Shown piece after piece: positions 9,939 to 23,400 of a stretch of 64,000 nt of DNA. Numbering within the stretch: the stretch's first letter is position 1; every line of letters starts with the position of its first letter. Source of the DNA: Enoplolaimus lenunculus (Eukaryota); contig JASANG010000273.1 in NCBI GenBank assembly GCA_030248215.1, forward strand, positions 682,001 through 746,000, given 5' to 3'. Under the pieces are notes generated by a model. It did not search any database, had not been told where the DNA came from, and was given only the letters and a program-made list of their open reading frames with translations. The translations under genes and the position numbers were made by a program.

Positions 9939-12900
9939 GGCCAATGTTACCTTTTCACGGGACAGAAATGTACAGCTTCCTCCATTTCCCGGGAATACAA
10001 AAATATAAATTGGGACAGCAGACAGAGAGACAGGGGGACAGAGGACAGTGGGGCGCGGGGACCGTATAAGAAAGGGGAGAGGGACAGAGGGACAGGGGGT
10101 CAGAGGGCACTGGACAAAGGGGACAGGGACCAAGGACAGAACGACAGGGACGGACAGAGGGAACAAAGCAAAAGGACAGAAGACAGCGGACAGTGCACAG
10201 AGAAGGGATACGGAGCAGAAGGGAGGCAGTCACAAAGGGAACAGAAGGGAACAGGGAGCGAGGGACAGTGCTGGACAGAGGACAATGAGCAGGGGAAACA
10301 ACAAACAAATCAACACAACAGCGGAACAGCAAACAGAGGGGACAGGAGAGGGAACAGGAACATCGAACAGGAGCAGGAGGAAGGGGAGCAGAATGAAACT
10401 CACAAGGACAAATCAGACAAAAAGGGAACAGAGAACAGGGGCAGAACAACAGGGACAAGGACAGAAGGAACAGGGACAGCGAAACAGAGGAAAGGGAACA
10501 GGACACGGGACAAGCAGAAGGGACAGGGAGACAGGGAACAGAGAAACGGGACAAGGGAACAGAGGGACAGCGGAACAGGGGACAGAGGGATACGGACAGA
10601 GGGACAGAGAGGCAGTCGGGACAAAGGGACAGAGGGACAGTGGACGAGGGACAGGCGACACGGACAGTTCGGACATAGGGACAGTCGGAAAACGGGACAA
10701 AGGGACAGGGGACAGAGGGACAGGGGGACAGCGGAACAGTCGGACAGGGGGACGGAGGGACAGAGGGCGAACGGGACAGAGGGACAGTCGGACAGAGAAC
10801 ACGGGACAGAGGACAGAGGGACAAAGAGGGGACAGAGGGACAAGGGACAGGGGACAGAGACAGGGGCAGAGCGACAGGACAAGACAGGGGGACAGAGGGA
10901 CAGGGGCAGAACAACAGGACAAGACAGGGGGACAGAGACAGAGGGAAAGGGGACAGGAACAGAGGGAAAGGGGAGAGAGGGACAGCGAACAGGGGACAGA
11001 GACACGGGACAGAGGGGACAGAGGGACAGAGGACAGAACAAAAACAGTTGGAACAGATTGGACAGTTGAGACAGTGACCTGGACAGTACACAAGAACAAA
11101 CAACACACAAAACAACAAACAAAACAACAAACACACCCCATTTTGGACAATTTGGATAGATGGGACAGATGGGACAGATGGGTCAGTTGGGACAGTTGGG
11201 ACAGATGGACTCTTGGGACAGATGGGACAGTTGGGACAGATGGGACAAATGGGACGGATGGGACAAACGGGACAGATGGAACGGATGGGACAGATGGGAC
11301 AATTGGGACAGATGGAACAGTTGGGACAGTTGGTACAGATGGGACACTTGTGACAGATGGGACAGTTGGGACAGATTGGACAGTTGGGACAGATGAGACA
11401 ATTGGGACACATGGGACAGATGGAACAGTTGGGACAGATGGGTCAGCTGGAACAGTTGGGACAGATGGGATACTTGGGACAGATGGGACAGATGAGGCAG
11501 TCGGGACAAATGGGACAGATGGGACAGTTTGGACTGATGGGACAGTTGCGACACTTGGGACAGTTGGGACATATGGGACAGTTGGGATAAACGGGACAAA
11601 TGGGACAGTTGGGACAGATGGGACAGTGGGGCCAGCTGGAACAGTTGGAACAGATGGGACAGGTGGGACGGATGGGACAGTTAGGGCAAACGGGACAGAT
11701 GGGACAATTGGGACAGATGAAACAGTTGGGACAGATGGAACACTTGGGGCAGATGTGACAGATGGGACAAATGAGACAGTTGGGACAGATGGGACAATTG
11801 GGACAGATGGGACAGATTGGACAGTTGGGCAGATACGACAGTTTGGACAATTTGGACAGATGGGACAGTTGGAACAGATGGGAAAGTTGGGACAGATGGG
11901 ACAGCTGGAACTGTTGGGACAGATGGGACACTTGGGACAGAGGGGACAGATGGGACAGTTGGGACAGTTGGAACAGATGGGAAAGTTGGGACAGTTGGAA
12001 CAGATGGAACAGTTGGGACAGATGGGATACTTGGGACAGATGGGACAGATGAGGCAGTCGGGACAAATGGGACAGATGGGACAGTTTGGACTGATGGGAC
12101 AGTTGCGACACTTGGGACAGTTGGGACATATGGGACAGTTGGGATAAACGGGACAAATGGGACAGTTGGGACAGATGGGACAGTGGGGACAGCTGGAACA
12201 GTTGGAACAGATGGGACAGGTGGGACGGATGGGACAGTTAGGGCAAACGGGACAGATGGGACAGTTGGGACAGATGAAACAGTTGGGACAGATGGAACAC
12301 TTGGGACAGATGTGACAGATGGGACAAATGAGACAGTTGGGACAGATGGGACAGATGGGACAATTGGGACAGATGGGACAGTTGGGACAGATTGGACAGT
12401 TGGGCAGATACGACAGTTTGGACAATTTGGACAGATGGGACAGATGGGACAGTTGGAACAGATGGGAAAGTTGGGACAGATGGGACAGCTGGAACAGTTG
12501 GGACAGTTGGGACACTTGGGACAGAGGGGACAGATGGGACAGTTGGAACAGATGGGAAAGTTGGGACAGTTGGGACAGTTGGAACAGATGGGAAAGTTGG
12601 GAGAGATGGGACAGCTGGAACAGTTGGGACACTTGGGACAGAGGGGACAGATGGGACAGATGGGGCAGTCGGGACAAATGGGACAATTGGGACAGATGGA
12701 ACAGTTGGGACAGATTGGACAGTTGGGACAGATGGACAGATACGACAGTTTGGACAATTTGGATAGATGGGACAGATGGGACAGTTGGGACACTTGGGAC
12801 AGTTGGGACAGATGGGTCAGTTGGGACAGTTGGGACAGATGGACTCTTGGGACAGATGGGACAGTTGGGACAGATGGGACAAATGGGACGGATGGGACAA

Positions 12901-13427
12901 ACGGGACAGATGGAACGGATGGGACAGATGGGACAATTGGGACAGATGAAACAGTTGGGACAGTTGGTACAGATGGGACACTTGTGACAGATGGGACAGT
13001 TGGGACAGATTGGACAGTTGGGACAGATGAGACAATTGGGACACATGGGACAGATGGAACAGTTGGGACAGATGGGACAGTTGGGACAATTTGGACAGAT
13101 GGGACAATGGGAACAGTTGGGACACTTGTGACAGTTGGGACAGATGGACAGATGGGACAGTTGGGACAATGGGAACAGTTGGGACACTTGAGACAGCGAA
13201 AACCAGTGGGGTAGATATGACGGAAAGTAACAAGTGCCTATATGTGTATATACATAGATATATACGTATATACACATATATGCATTCATACACACGCATA
13301 TATATGTATATATCCTACTTACGTAAATATATGTGCCTGTGCATATGTAAACAGGAGCGCATACGTGTGCCTTCCGGGTGTATTTCTGTCCCGGGAAATT
13401 GGGACGGCCTTTATAGTAACATCGGCC
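9939..13427. mobile_element. 3.5-kb non-autonomous TIR element filled with GGGACAG satellite
   Basis: TIRs GGCCAATGTTAC / GTAACATCGGCC (11 of 12 match), 5-bp TSD GTAAC. The empty site of the host repeat is visible on the minus strand near 15490-15518. Confidence 0.7.
10011..13195 (+). repeat. G-rich satellite: degenerate GGGACAGA block (10011-11090) and regular 9-bp TGGGACAG(A/T) array (11145-13195)
   Basis: Directly visible tandem array with larger internal block duplications; it generates the GTDGTV/CPICPN pseudo-ORFs. Confidence 0.95.
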
Positions 13428-13667
13428 GTAACAAACAATGCGAGATATATACATGGTTTATAACTAATTTTGAACGTAAAAATAACGCAATTTCCGTTAT
13501 TTCTATAACAAAAGCGGAAACGGAAAGGATTTCGGCTACACCCTGGCATACATACATATATACTCTAGTGACCCGTATAAGAGGAGGGGTAATAAGAGGG
13601 TCCCCATTTAAGTCCCAAACAATTGGAGTCCGTACCCATAATTAGAGTGCGTAAGCGGATAGTGTCT

Positions 13668-13855
13668 GGCCCACGTATAGAACGACCGGAATAGTAGTAT
13701 AAGCATATTCCTAAGCCTAAACCTAAGCCTAAGCCTAAGCGTAAGGATGAGCATATTCCTAAGCCTAAGCCTAAGCAAAAAATTAGTCTAAAGCTTAAAC
13801 TGACTCTATTATAACCCCTCCAGAAAAGGATCCGGCCCTGTTCTATACATGGGCC
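13668..13855 (+). mobile_element. MITE carrying telomere-type (GCCTAA/TTAGGC) repeats
   Basis: 16-bp TIRs GGCCCACGTATAGAAC / GTTCTATACATGGGCC enclose CCTAAG runs. More than ten degenerate copies occur elsewhere in the window. Confidence 0.75.
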
Positions 13856-16800
13856 CATAAATGTCAATTATCCCTAATTGTAGTGCATAAATGATCCAGG
13901 ACCAAAAAGTTTATTTAGAAACTTTAAATGATAACTTCAAGTTTAGAAAGGACACTCCTAAGTATAACGGATAGTTGCTATTCTGGATATATATCAGTAA
14001 AACGAAGAACGAAGCGCGGTGGAGGGCGAGTTAAACATCAATAGCAGTCCGTAACGGAATAACTGGGAATACTTTCTGGAGATGCCAAATATCTCGCAAT
14101 TTTTCATTACAAATATATTGACGTTGTTCGATGTGAAATAAGAATTACGGCGCATCTGCTATTTCTCATGAAGTCCCGGGACAATGGGACGGCCTTCAGC
14201 GAACATGGAGCTATGTATTGTTTTTTTACAATCGCGATATGAGTTTAGTGATTCGCAACGCATTTTACGCCAGAAACGTTATGTATTTTGTTTCAGGTTG
14301 AAGTCAAGATATACGGCTAGAAAATCAGAGGTCGTCTCTTTGGTGATAGGGATTCATAGTTGTGCTACCGCAATGAACAGCGAACCCTTCTTTATGATGC
14401 GAAACAATGTTTAATAACAGTCGTTTTATAAAGAATAGTTTTTATGGTTTTCAAAAGGTTTGGCATAATTTATTACACTGATAAGACGAAAACAATAAGG
14501 CAATGTGATTGCGCGATACAACGTCCTAAAAGATGTTATTTTACAAGCGTAAAAACAATTTTAGCTAAGAGTGCCTAGAAACCGGACCATATACACATAA
14601 ATTATAACTGTTGCGTCTACATATTTTATAACATTTTCTGCCAAATCTTTGCCATATTATTGTAATTATCTGAGAACGGAATGAACGTAAAGCTTTGGGA
14701 ACCGCTTAGCGTATCATAACCCTCCTGGTTCGTACTGCATTAGATGACACATCACGTTTCGTATAGCTTTATATACAAACAATCGTTTTATCAGACACTG
14801 ATGTGTGTTTCAATGTTTGGTGCAAATTTTAATGTTAACAGCAATACAGGACTCATTAGGCTTCGTTGTTAAGTGTAGCTGCAGTTTCGAAACACAGTGC
14901 AACTTTTGTTTTATGATTCGTGTCAAAAATAAAACGCTGTTTTAAACGCTGTTCGTCTTTCAAGCAGTAGTACGTCTTGTAGCATTAAACCAACTCTATC
15001 ATGGTTTGTATCAGGGTGTAAACAGATATCCGTCAGGGCACAACCAGAGGTTTGCCTCCGGCTGCGGCTTCGGCAGAAAATCGACCTCAGGCTCCGTGAC
15101 AAATTTTGCCGGAGGTTCCGGCATGTTAGTAGTGAAATTTTGCAATCTGTTTAGCGCGTTTCATTCTGAGTTTTGACACAATTTTAAGAAAAAATTGCTT
15201 TCATTTAAGTAAAAAAATACTGGTAAAATCAATCAATTCAACAACACATTACAGATATTTGCTAAAATTCACAAATTAAAACATTTTTAACTGCCTAATT
15301 TCGGCTCACCTCCGGCTGCATCTCCGACTCCGGCAAGTTTTGTTGACCTCCGGCTCCGGAATCTTTTACTTCCGGTTGCATCCTGATATTCGTTTCCAGT
15401 AAAAATCGTTGTCTGCTTCCGTTTTTGTTATGGAAGTAACTGAAATGTTGTTACTTTTACGTTCAAAATTTGTTATACCTAAGTCACGTATATATCTCGC
15501 AATTTTCGTTACAGATAAGCTCCAGGCTAAGTTTTAATTAAATTCGACTCAGCTGACTTCGATCTAGATAAATCGTATGCAACTTAGTATTAGTTAGAGA
15601 AGTCTTTAGATGCAGCGGTAGTGTTTAGAGGGCAATATCACGCCTGCACGCCGTGACCCTGCCCAAATTTCAGTTGGTTGTACATTCGCTGATAAATTTT
15701 TTTGCTGACTATCTGCGTAGAATCTTGCGGAATTTAGATTTTCAGCCCGATTGCAGCTTTGAAATAAGTTTGCTCGCCTGCATCAGGCAGCGAAAGTAGT
15801 GATTACCCAAATCGCCGGTGAACGTAGACATGATGCAGCTGCATCGGGGTAACTTTACCCCCGGAAGTTATTTGGTTGCTACGACACTAATAGTAGAAAT
15901 AGTCGATTGAATTTATTGCTTTCAGTCGATTTGGGCACTGCTAGATGAATCATAGTCTTCCTAGGGGGTTGGAATTCGATCCGGCATATTTGAGATTGCG
16001 TGCAGTATCCGGTGGAAACGTGGTCTTTTGTGCGTGATAAACTTTGGGCGGCATCACGTACGTACGCTTGAAAAGCTATGACTGTCGCTCAGTCCTAAAG
16101 TTACCATTATAAGTTTAACAGAGCCTGGATGGACGAATTCAGAAAAAATTAATGGGCGTGGCAATCAATAAAATGCTTCGGATCAAGTCAGTTCTGCCCA
16201 AAAAAGAATATATTAAAAAGAAGGGTGTTGAAGCTAGCTAACATGGGGTACTTACAGTAAAAATACATAACCGTCTGCAACCGGACAACAGGGGTACACT
16301 CTTTTGCGCAAAATAAATATCAGCCCCTCTCATTCATGTCACTGCAGTACTAAAGTTTTGACATTCGCCAAGTAACCAAATGCGTTAACCGTACGAAACT
16401 TGCAAATTGAACTCTGATAAACTTTGTGTATATATATGGGCATATGTTTCAAACATACATAGCCACAAGGTTGGTTCTTTCCGAAAAAATTGAATCGGCA
16501 GCGAAAATTATTTTTCTCGTTTCTTCCCGGTAAAAACGTAAAAATTGAAACCACTCGTACTTCTATAAATGCAAAGACATTAATTGATGCTAATTCTGGT
16601 ATGAAAATGATACTTCCATTACAAAATTTGCATCTGCAAGTTCTCGCTGCAAAAACTTTCAGGCGGGAATGACGCTTAAATGTAAGATAAATATGGAAGT
16701 TCTTATTTTTAGTTTGAATCAATTAGAGTCGACATCCCAAATTAGAATCCGTAAATTGATAGAGTTCAAAATCCGTATTAGGTTTCATTAATCAGGCTTA

Positions 16801-17412
16801 CATGAATTTGATAGGTATGGTTGGGAACCCCAAAAACCAATGGAAACACGGGGTTTTTCCGTTTTTCCAAAGGGGTCAAAAAACCCGGAAAACTCTCAGT
16901 AGCGCGGAAAAAATGGAAAATAAATTTTTGAACTTGTGAAAAGCTGTAGGAAACTGGTTTTTCTGACGTTTCTGACACGGAACAAAATTTTCTAAATTTT
17001 CAGGGGCGCTGATTTACTTGATTTTATAATATATATACCGGTTTGGTTGGATAATACCAGACATTTAGCGTTCTTTAAGAAAAATGTTAACAGGATTTGA
17101 AATTTTGTTGTCACATCAATTTAATCAGAAGTGCAGTTCGAAATTTTAAAAACTTTACACAGCTATGGGAATGTTGGATCAAACCAAAATTACAAAATTG
17201 AAATATATAATACATACAGTAATCCTTTTAAGATCAAAACAGTAGTATTCATCAGCCACACGTGAGCATTTTCTAAGCCTCGGTTGAGGCAACGGATATT
17301 ACGCCTGCTACCACGAAATCCCATACTTTTTTAGATAAATAAAGTACCGATCAACAATCTATTCACAGTAGATTTTGGTTATTTTTTGTTTTTCTTAATA
17401 CTTAACCTCTTT

Positions 17413-17482
17413 ATGATAATGATTTCCAAAAACAGATGCATGCGTTGGATTCGTGTGATTTTTGGCATAAGTTTAGTTTCTG
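17413..17482 (+). CDS. CUB-like receptor exon 1 (putative signal peptide [23 protein letters not shown])
   Basis: ATG, basic then hydrophobic N-terminus, donor TG|GTAAGT in phase 1 matching exon 2. The exact start Met is uncertain. Confidence 0.6.
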
Positions 17483-20400
17483 GTAAGTCTGAGACCTTGT
17501 AAAATTTCGAGTGCATATTTCTGTTTACCTATTCGATTAATAGAATGGTATGAAAATTTCTACCAACGTTACTAATCGCAAATGGCAGGGCCGATTCATC
17601 GAGCAGGGCCATTACAGTGGTATAAGCATATTCCTAAGCCTAAGCCTAAGAAAAAGTAGTTCCAAGTTTAAGGTTACTCTGAAGCAGTCGCTCGGAAGAA
17701 CGGTCTACCCCTGATATATAGATAAACCAAGACAGGCCTGTAAAATTGTGATATGGTTGTATACTTAAGTACATAAAATTGTGGAAGAGATGAATAACTG
17801 AAGCGTTTAGCGTGATTTTATTGGATAAGGTGTATATCCCAAAAATTGAACCGACAAACCCAGTTCGTAAACGTGAGCCAAAAAGCCAAAAGTTACACAA
17901 ACGCGTACATTTTTCAATACTTCCAGTAGGGGTTTGCCCAAAAATTACCGATTTGACAATGTTATACATTTTTTTACCGTCTGGAGATTATAATAATCGA
18001 CTTGTCCACTCAGAGCTGCATGCTACCCGCGGGAATTCGCGAGCACCAGCAAGTAGTGCGGACACATAAAGAAAATGTTGGCGCGGGTATGCCCGCGGCT
18101 AAAGAATTTCAAAGCGCGGGTAAAAATTTGTGATTCTATATCCCGTAGAATTTTCATGATAAACTTAAAACCGGATAATGTAAAAATAACGTAGATCTTT
18201 ACACTGTTTTTATCGTATGAGTGAAAAATAAGAATGAGTACTCTTGAAATTGGCTGTTAAATCAAATATATTTTTTTGTGACTTTTTGAATGGCAGCAAC
18301 AATATGCCTCATTTGCTTAGATTCTTGGCGTTCCTATAGAGATTATGTTTTTCTTTGGCTTTTAGAACAATATTTTTTACAGTTTCTGAAAGAGGTCTTA
18401 ACAGAAACACTGATCATTCATCGGCAAACAACCTAGTTTTAACGGTGTAATATTGCCCGCTGTTAAATGTTTTACTTAATAGTTTGTTTTGAAAGTTACT
18501 GATACAGAGTTTTTGTAACGTAAATCGACTGAGTAACCTTCTATGCACTGTAAAATTACACAATTGTATTGACCGCAGAAGAAAAAATAAGGGTACGAAA
18601 GGTTAGTAACGGTAAAGAAATTTTGCGCGGGTATACCTGCGCGTAGAAAATAAAATTTCTGCAGGTAAAGCGCAACACGGGTAAAAAATGTTCTCCCACT
18701 TACCCCTCTGGGTCCACTCGCAAGCTTGTGCGTTGAATGGTATTGACGGTATTTTTAATATCAGTCTAAATTCAAATTTGAGCGTCGGACGATTACCGAA
18801 GGTAACACGAGTCCAAATGTGTAAAAAAAATTTGAAAAAATGTGATAAACGCTTTTGAGCGAAAGGTATTCAAAAAGAGTCAAAACATTTCTAGTATAAA
18901 AACTAAATATCGTGTATGAAAACGAAATGCAAAGTCTTTTATATTTCCAGTTACCAGAAGCTCAGATTCAAATTGCCGTCCTGTGCTCAATGATTATACG
19001 CTAGTGTCGAGTGTTGAAAATTATTACTATCAAGATTCACTGTTATGCATTTATCCCTTTATTCTGTCTAATATTGAAGTCAGAATCGATGCAACTATAC
19101 TATTGTCGGCATCTAACTTTAAAAATGAACCCCAAAAAATTATCAAAACTTCAAATTCTCATCAGTATTTGTTGAAAGACAACGCAACACAAACCGACAA
19201 TGCGTACCTGATAACTTATACGTAAGTGTATTTTGCCAGAAAAAACTTACATAAAACAGCAATTCTACTCAGTGGCAAATGGTAAACACGACCAATGTAT
19301 TAAACAGGGGCCCAGCAGTAGTATAAGCTCATCCCTAAGGCTTCTGTTGTGTCCATAAAATCGTTATTTGCGCTCAGAAACGCCTTTTTAAATTTCACGG
19401 CATTTTAACTTGTATGTCGGAAAAGACCAAATCACTGTGAAAAAAACTAGCTGGTCCGGTTACAAAGTATCGAAACTATATTTTAAGTTTCATTTGGTAA
19501 TTGTGTACCATGAAGATACATTACAACAAATCATAGGTTTGGATAAGTTAACAATGAATGTTTCGAAGCTGATTGTGAAAGTAAATCAAATACTCAATCC
19601 AAGGTTGTGATTTCAAAATTTAAAATTAAATTTTTAGATTTGATCAATTAAACGATTTTGATTGGCTGAATTCGCAACCGTTGTATATTTTGGCGAATGA
19701 AATCGAAATTCATTTCGAAAAGTATAATACTCCTGATGTTCAAAATGTTAACATAACCGTTTGTGATCAAAGTATGCTTTACCAATTAATATTTTTTATT
19801 TCATTTTTGTTGTTCTTTCGTTGTTGATTTGTTAGCTTTCTAATTTGAAACGAAACGCAGTTGTGGAATTTCATACTTCAAACTGAGCATGCCATATACT
19901 GTAGTGACCCGAATAAGAGGGAGAGGGACTGATATTTATTTGGCTTTCCAGAAGGGACCTCCCCTTGTGATTCGGTTACGGACTGTTATTTATTTTTCCC
20001 AAGCTCCGCCGCCCTTCGTTACTGATATATTATCCGGTAGTGCAATTATCCGTTGAAATAAACGTTTACTTGTCTTGTGTCAATAGCTCGAGCGATAATA
20101 CAACGTTACACTTAGGAATGTACTTTCAAAATTTAAGTACGCTTTAAAGTTTCGAACTCAAATTTTTGCTCCTGGAGTCATTTATGCCCTACAATTAGTG
20201 TTAATTGACATTTATGGAGTAGGGTTTAGGGAACCTATCCGCTTACGAACTTTTATTAGGGATACAGACTCCAATTGATTCGGACTCAAAATGGGGACCC
20301 CTCTTCTTACCCCTCCCCCACTTATTAGGGTCAATACAGTAGACACTACGATGTGTGCGATAGGCAGCGTATTTTGTCAAGTCACTTCGAACGGAAGTGT

Positions 20401-23400
20401 GTAGAAAATTCAGTGCCGTTTCTTAAGACAACCGGACACACAGTAAACTTGTAGAAGAACGTTTGACTTCCTGAGACCATTTGCATTGACTGGTTTTAGT
20501 CCTTATATTCTACTTTTGAACAGTGCCAGAGCAGGCTAGGGTGCACCCCTCTCAGAAATTCCGGGGTGAGGGCCCCTTGCGATGATCAAAACTTTTTCAA
20601 TTTTTTGGTTTAAAATCTTGTTAGGGTGGGGGCCTTTCTTTGAGCTGGCCCCAAAAACGGGGAGTATAGTGGGTGGCTGGTCCGGACCTGCTTTTAAAAA
20701 CCTGTCGAAACAATGTAGAATATTGTCTAAACCCGGACAACAGATTACACTGGCGTGATCATGAAACGTGCTTGGTTCATTGTGGGCACGTAACGGAGGG
20801 GGGGCAGGGGGAGAAGCTCAGCCCCGCCCATGGCAAAATCATAGCCGCCAAAAAAATTGCGACCTTGCTTGTACAGCCAACGAAAACCCTTGTATGCTTT
20901 TCCTGAAATTTTTTATCCATCTAGCAAATTGAGCTGGGCAGCTGGCTACGGGCCTGCATTACACGCATAAAAATTGGCATATTTGAGTAAATTATATGTT
21001 ACAAACCGAGTACATGTATGGCTTTTATACATATATATTTAAAAATTTATTGCACCTATGTATTTCTAGCATAAAAATATACAAAAATGAAAATAAAACG
21101 GAAATTTTCTTACAGCTCCCGATACTCAAACACAAGTCAACCTCAAACGAGTTGATTTAGAAAAAACCAGTCGATTGATTGGCAGTGTTGGTAACATTGA
21201 TCCAACTGATGTGAATACTTCATACCATTTGGAAACAACGAATGAACAGTTCGACGCTTTTCCATCGAGTCAAAACTCACTTTTACTCTATACAGTGTCC
21301 GATCCAGACAAATCGATGTCATATTTTCCACAAGCGACTGTGTTCATTCATCAAGCAAAATTGACCTCAAATACTCGTATTGAAATTTGTGATACCACAT
21401 ACGACCCTAGTATTTCCGTCCATCTTATCTCAGAAAAACGGTAAGCCAGTGCTACACTTCATCAAACATAAACAATATTAATAAAAACATAAAAACGGCA
21501 GGATAAATGCATATCCGTTAAGAAAAATACCAAGACTCAGCGTGAAGCGATGTCTGAAACTTGTGTGTAAAGATTCGCATTATAATAGATATTGTATTAA
21601 ACATTGTTATGGTTTATCAAATACATTTTCAAACAGCTACGCCTTAATACAGATGTCAGTATCAAGAAATTGTATTGAACGTTATTGGCTGGGTTTCTGA
21701 AGTCTTACTTCAGTTTTTACTTAAATTGCACTAAAGTATTTACTTAAGTTGCCTAAATAAACACTTTGCCAAACGCGTATGAGAACCGATTAGTGCAGTG
21801 GCTTGTAGGATGGCAGCCCCCATTCTGCTTAGTATCCCTTCAAATCGCCGGGGGGTTCCCCAACTTGTCTAAATAAGCGTTAAGGATTGGGGCGGAGGGA
21901 CCCACAACTTGTCTTAATAAACGTTTAATATTTTGGCGGGGAGGTGAATTTTTCATTGGGGAAAGAGAGGGGCGGCAGCCTCCCATCTTGCTTAGTATCC
22001 CTTCAAATCGCCGGGGGGGGTCACACAATTTGTAGTAATATACGTGAAAAATTGTGGTGAGGGCACCGTTTCCATTGTGGAGACAAACTACAAAAGGCCA
22101 TGAATTCTATATATACGTTTTACATTGTCCAATTTTCCCGTTTTCAAAAAATCTACTTTATCAGATTCCCTACCTAACCAGGGAAATTTTACACGTTTTA
22201 AATTTTCCCGTTTCTACACAAAACCTATCCTTCAGATTTTCCCTACCAGCAAGGGGAAAATACAGGCGTTTGAATTTTACACTTTTCCCGTTTTGCAAAC
22301 AAATCCTATGCTTCAGAATTTTTCTACCAACCCACTTAGAACCTAAGAGTTTAAATTTTCCAATTTTCTGTTTTTCAAACAAACTTTACAAAACAGATTT
22401 TTTTACCGAGCCAGGGAATATCCAAGTTTAGGAATTTCCCAGTTTTTCAAGTTTTCTCAGCAAAACTTTACCAACATGAAACAGACAGACCCGTCTTGTT
22501 CGATACTAGCTATATAAGTGTATCGGTTCATAACGCTATACATATTTCTGTGCAACTTGACCATAACTGTATTAATGTGGGATTGTCAAAAATCCAAGGC
22601 ATCGGTTCGGCTAATTTTTATGCTTAAATGACTTTATGTAAGCGAGGAGATGGTGAAAATAAAAATTATTTAACTCACTTCTTTAAATTGAACAGGTATA
22701 TGAATAGCGTTGAGTCAAGGCGATGGTCTGTGCAAAGCGAAGAAATTGTGATTGCTATTCATCATTATCCGAACATACCTCAGATCCGTTTCAACCCTGC
22801 TAGACGAACAAAGCGTACAGAGTCTATGAAGCATATAAAATCGGTTGATATTGTAAATCAACTAACGAACCCTGGCGGAAACGGAGAACAGTCACTATAC
22901 TACAGCAAGAAAAATATATTTAGTGACGAACAAGATGACGTTCGCTGGGACATCGAAGTAGCAATTGCACCCGGAACTTTGTCAGGTTCATATGAAGGCA
23001 ATACTTGTAAGTGTTGTTGAACAATGTATAGAACAGGGCCGTTACAGTAGTATAACAAGTATATTCCTCGTAAGCATAAGCTTAAGCGTAAGCGTAAGAG
23101 TGAGCTTATACCAAAGCCTATGCCTTGTCAGAACTGCACGGTCGGAACGACCCCTTTCTCCGAAGTACTGCGAATATAATTGGTTTTTCTTCTTAATCTC
23201 CAAAAGATGCCGGGAATCGAACCTCGACCTCTCGCTCGCCAATCAAGCGCGTACCCATTACACCAGGCAGCCGATTTCATAATTTCCTCTGTTGCTATAT
23301 GGGCACGATTATGTATGTGTCTTAACATTATACACTCTGCACATACACAAGCTACACCGCGCATACGCACATGCCTAAACAAAAAAACAGCCTAAAGCTT

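Noticed and set aside
9955..13454. Long ORFs (up to 1013 aa) encoding GTDGTV, GQMGQL or CPICPN repeats, resembling collagen, antifreeze or metallothionein proteins
   Set aside because: They are open in several frames on both strands because the 9-bp satellite lacks stops. Frameshifts occur freely, there is no splice support, and the array sits inside a TIR element.
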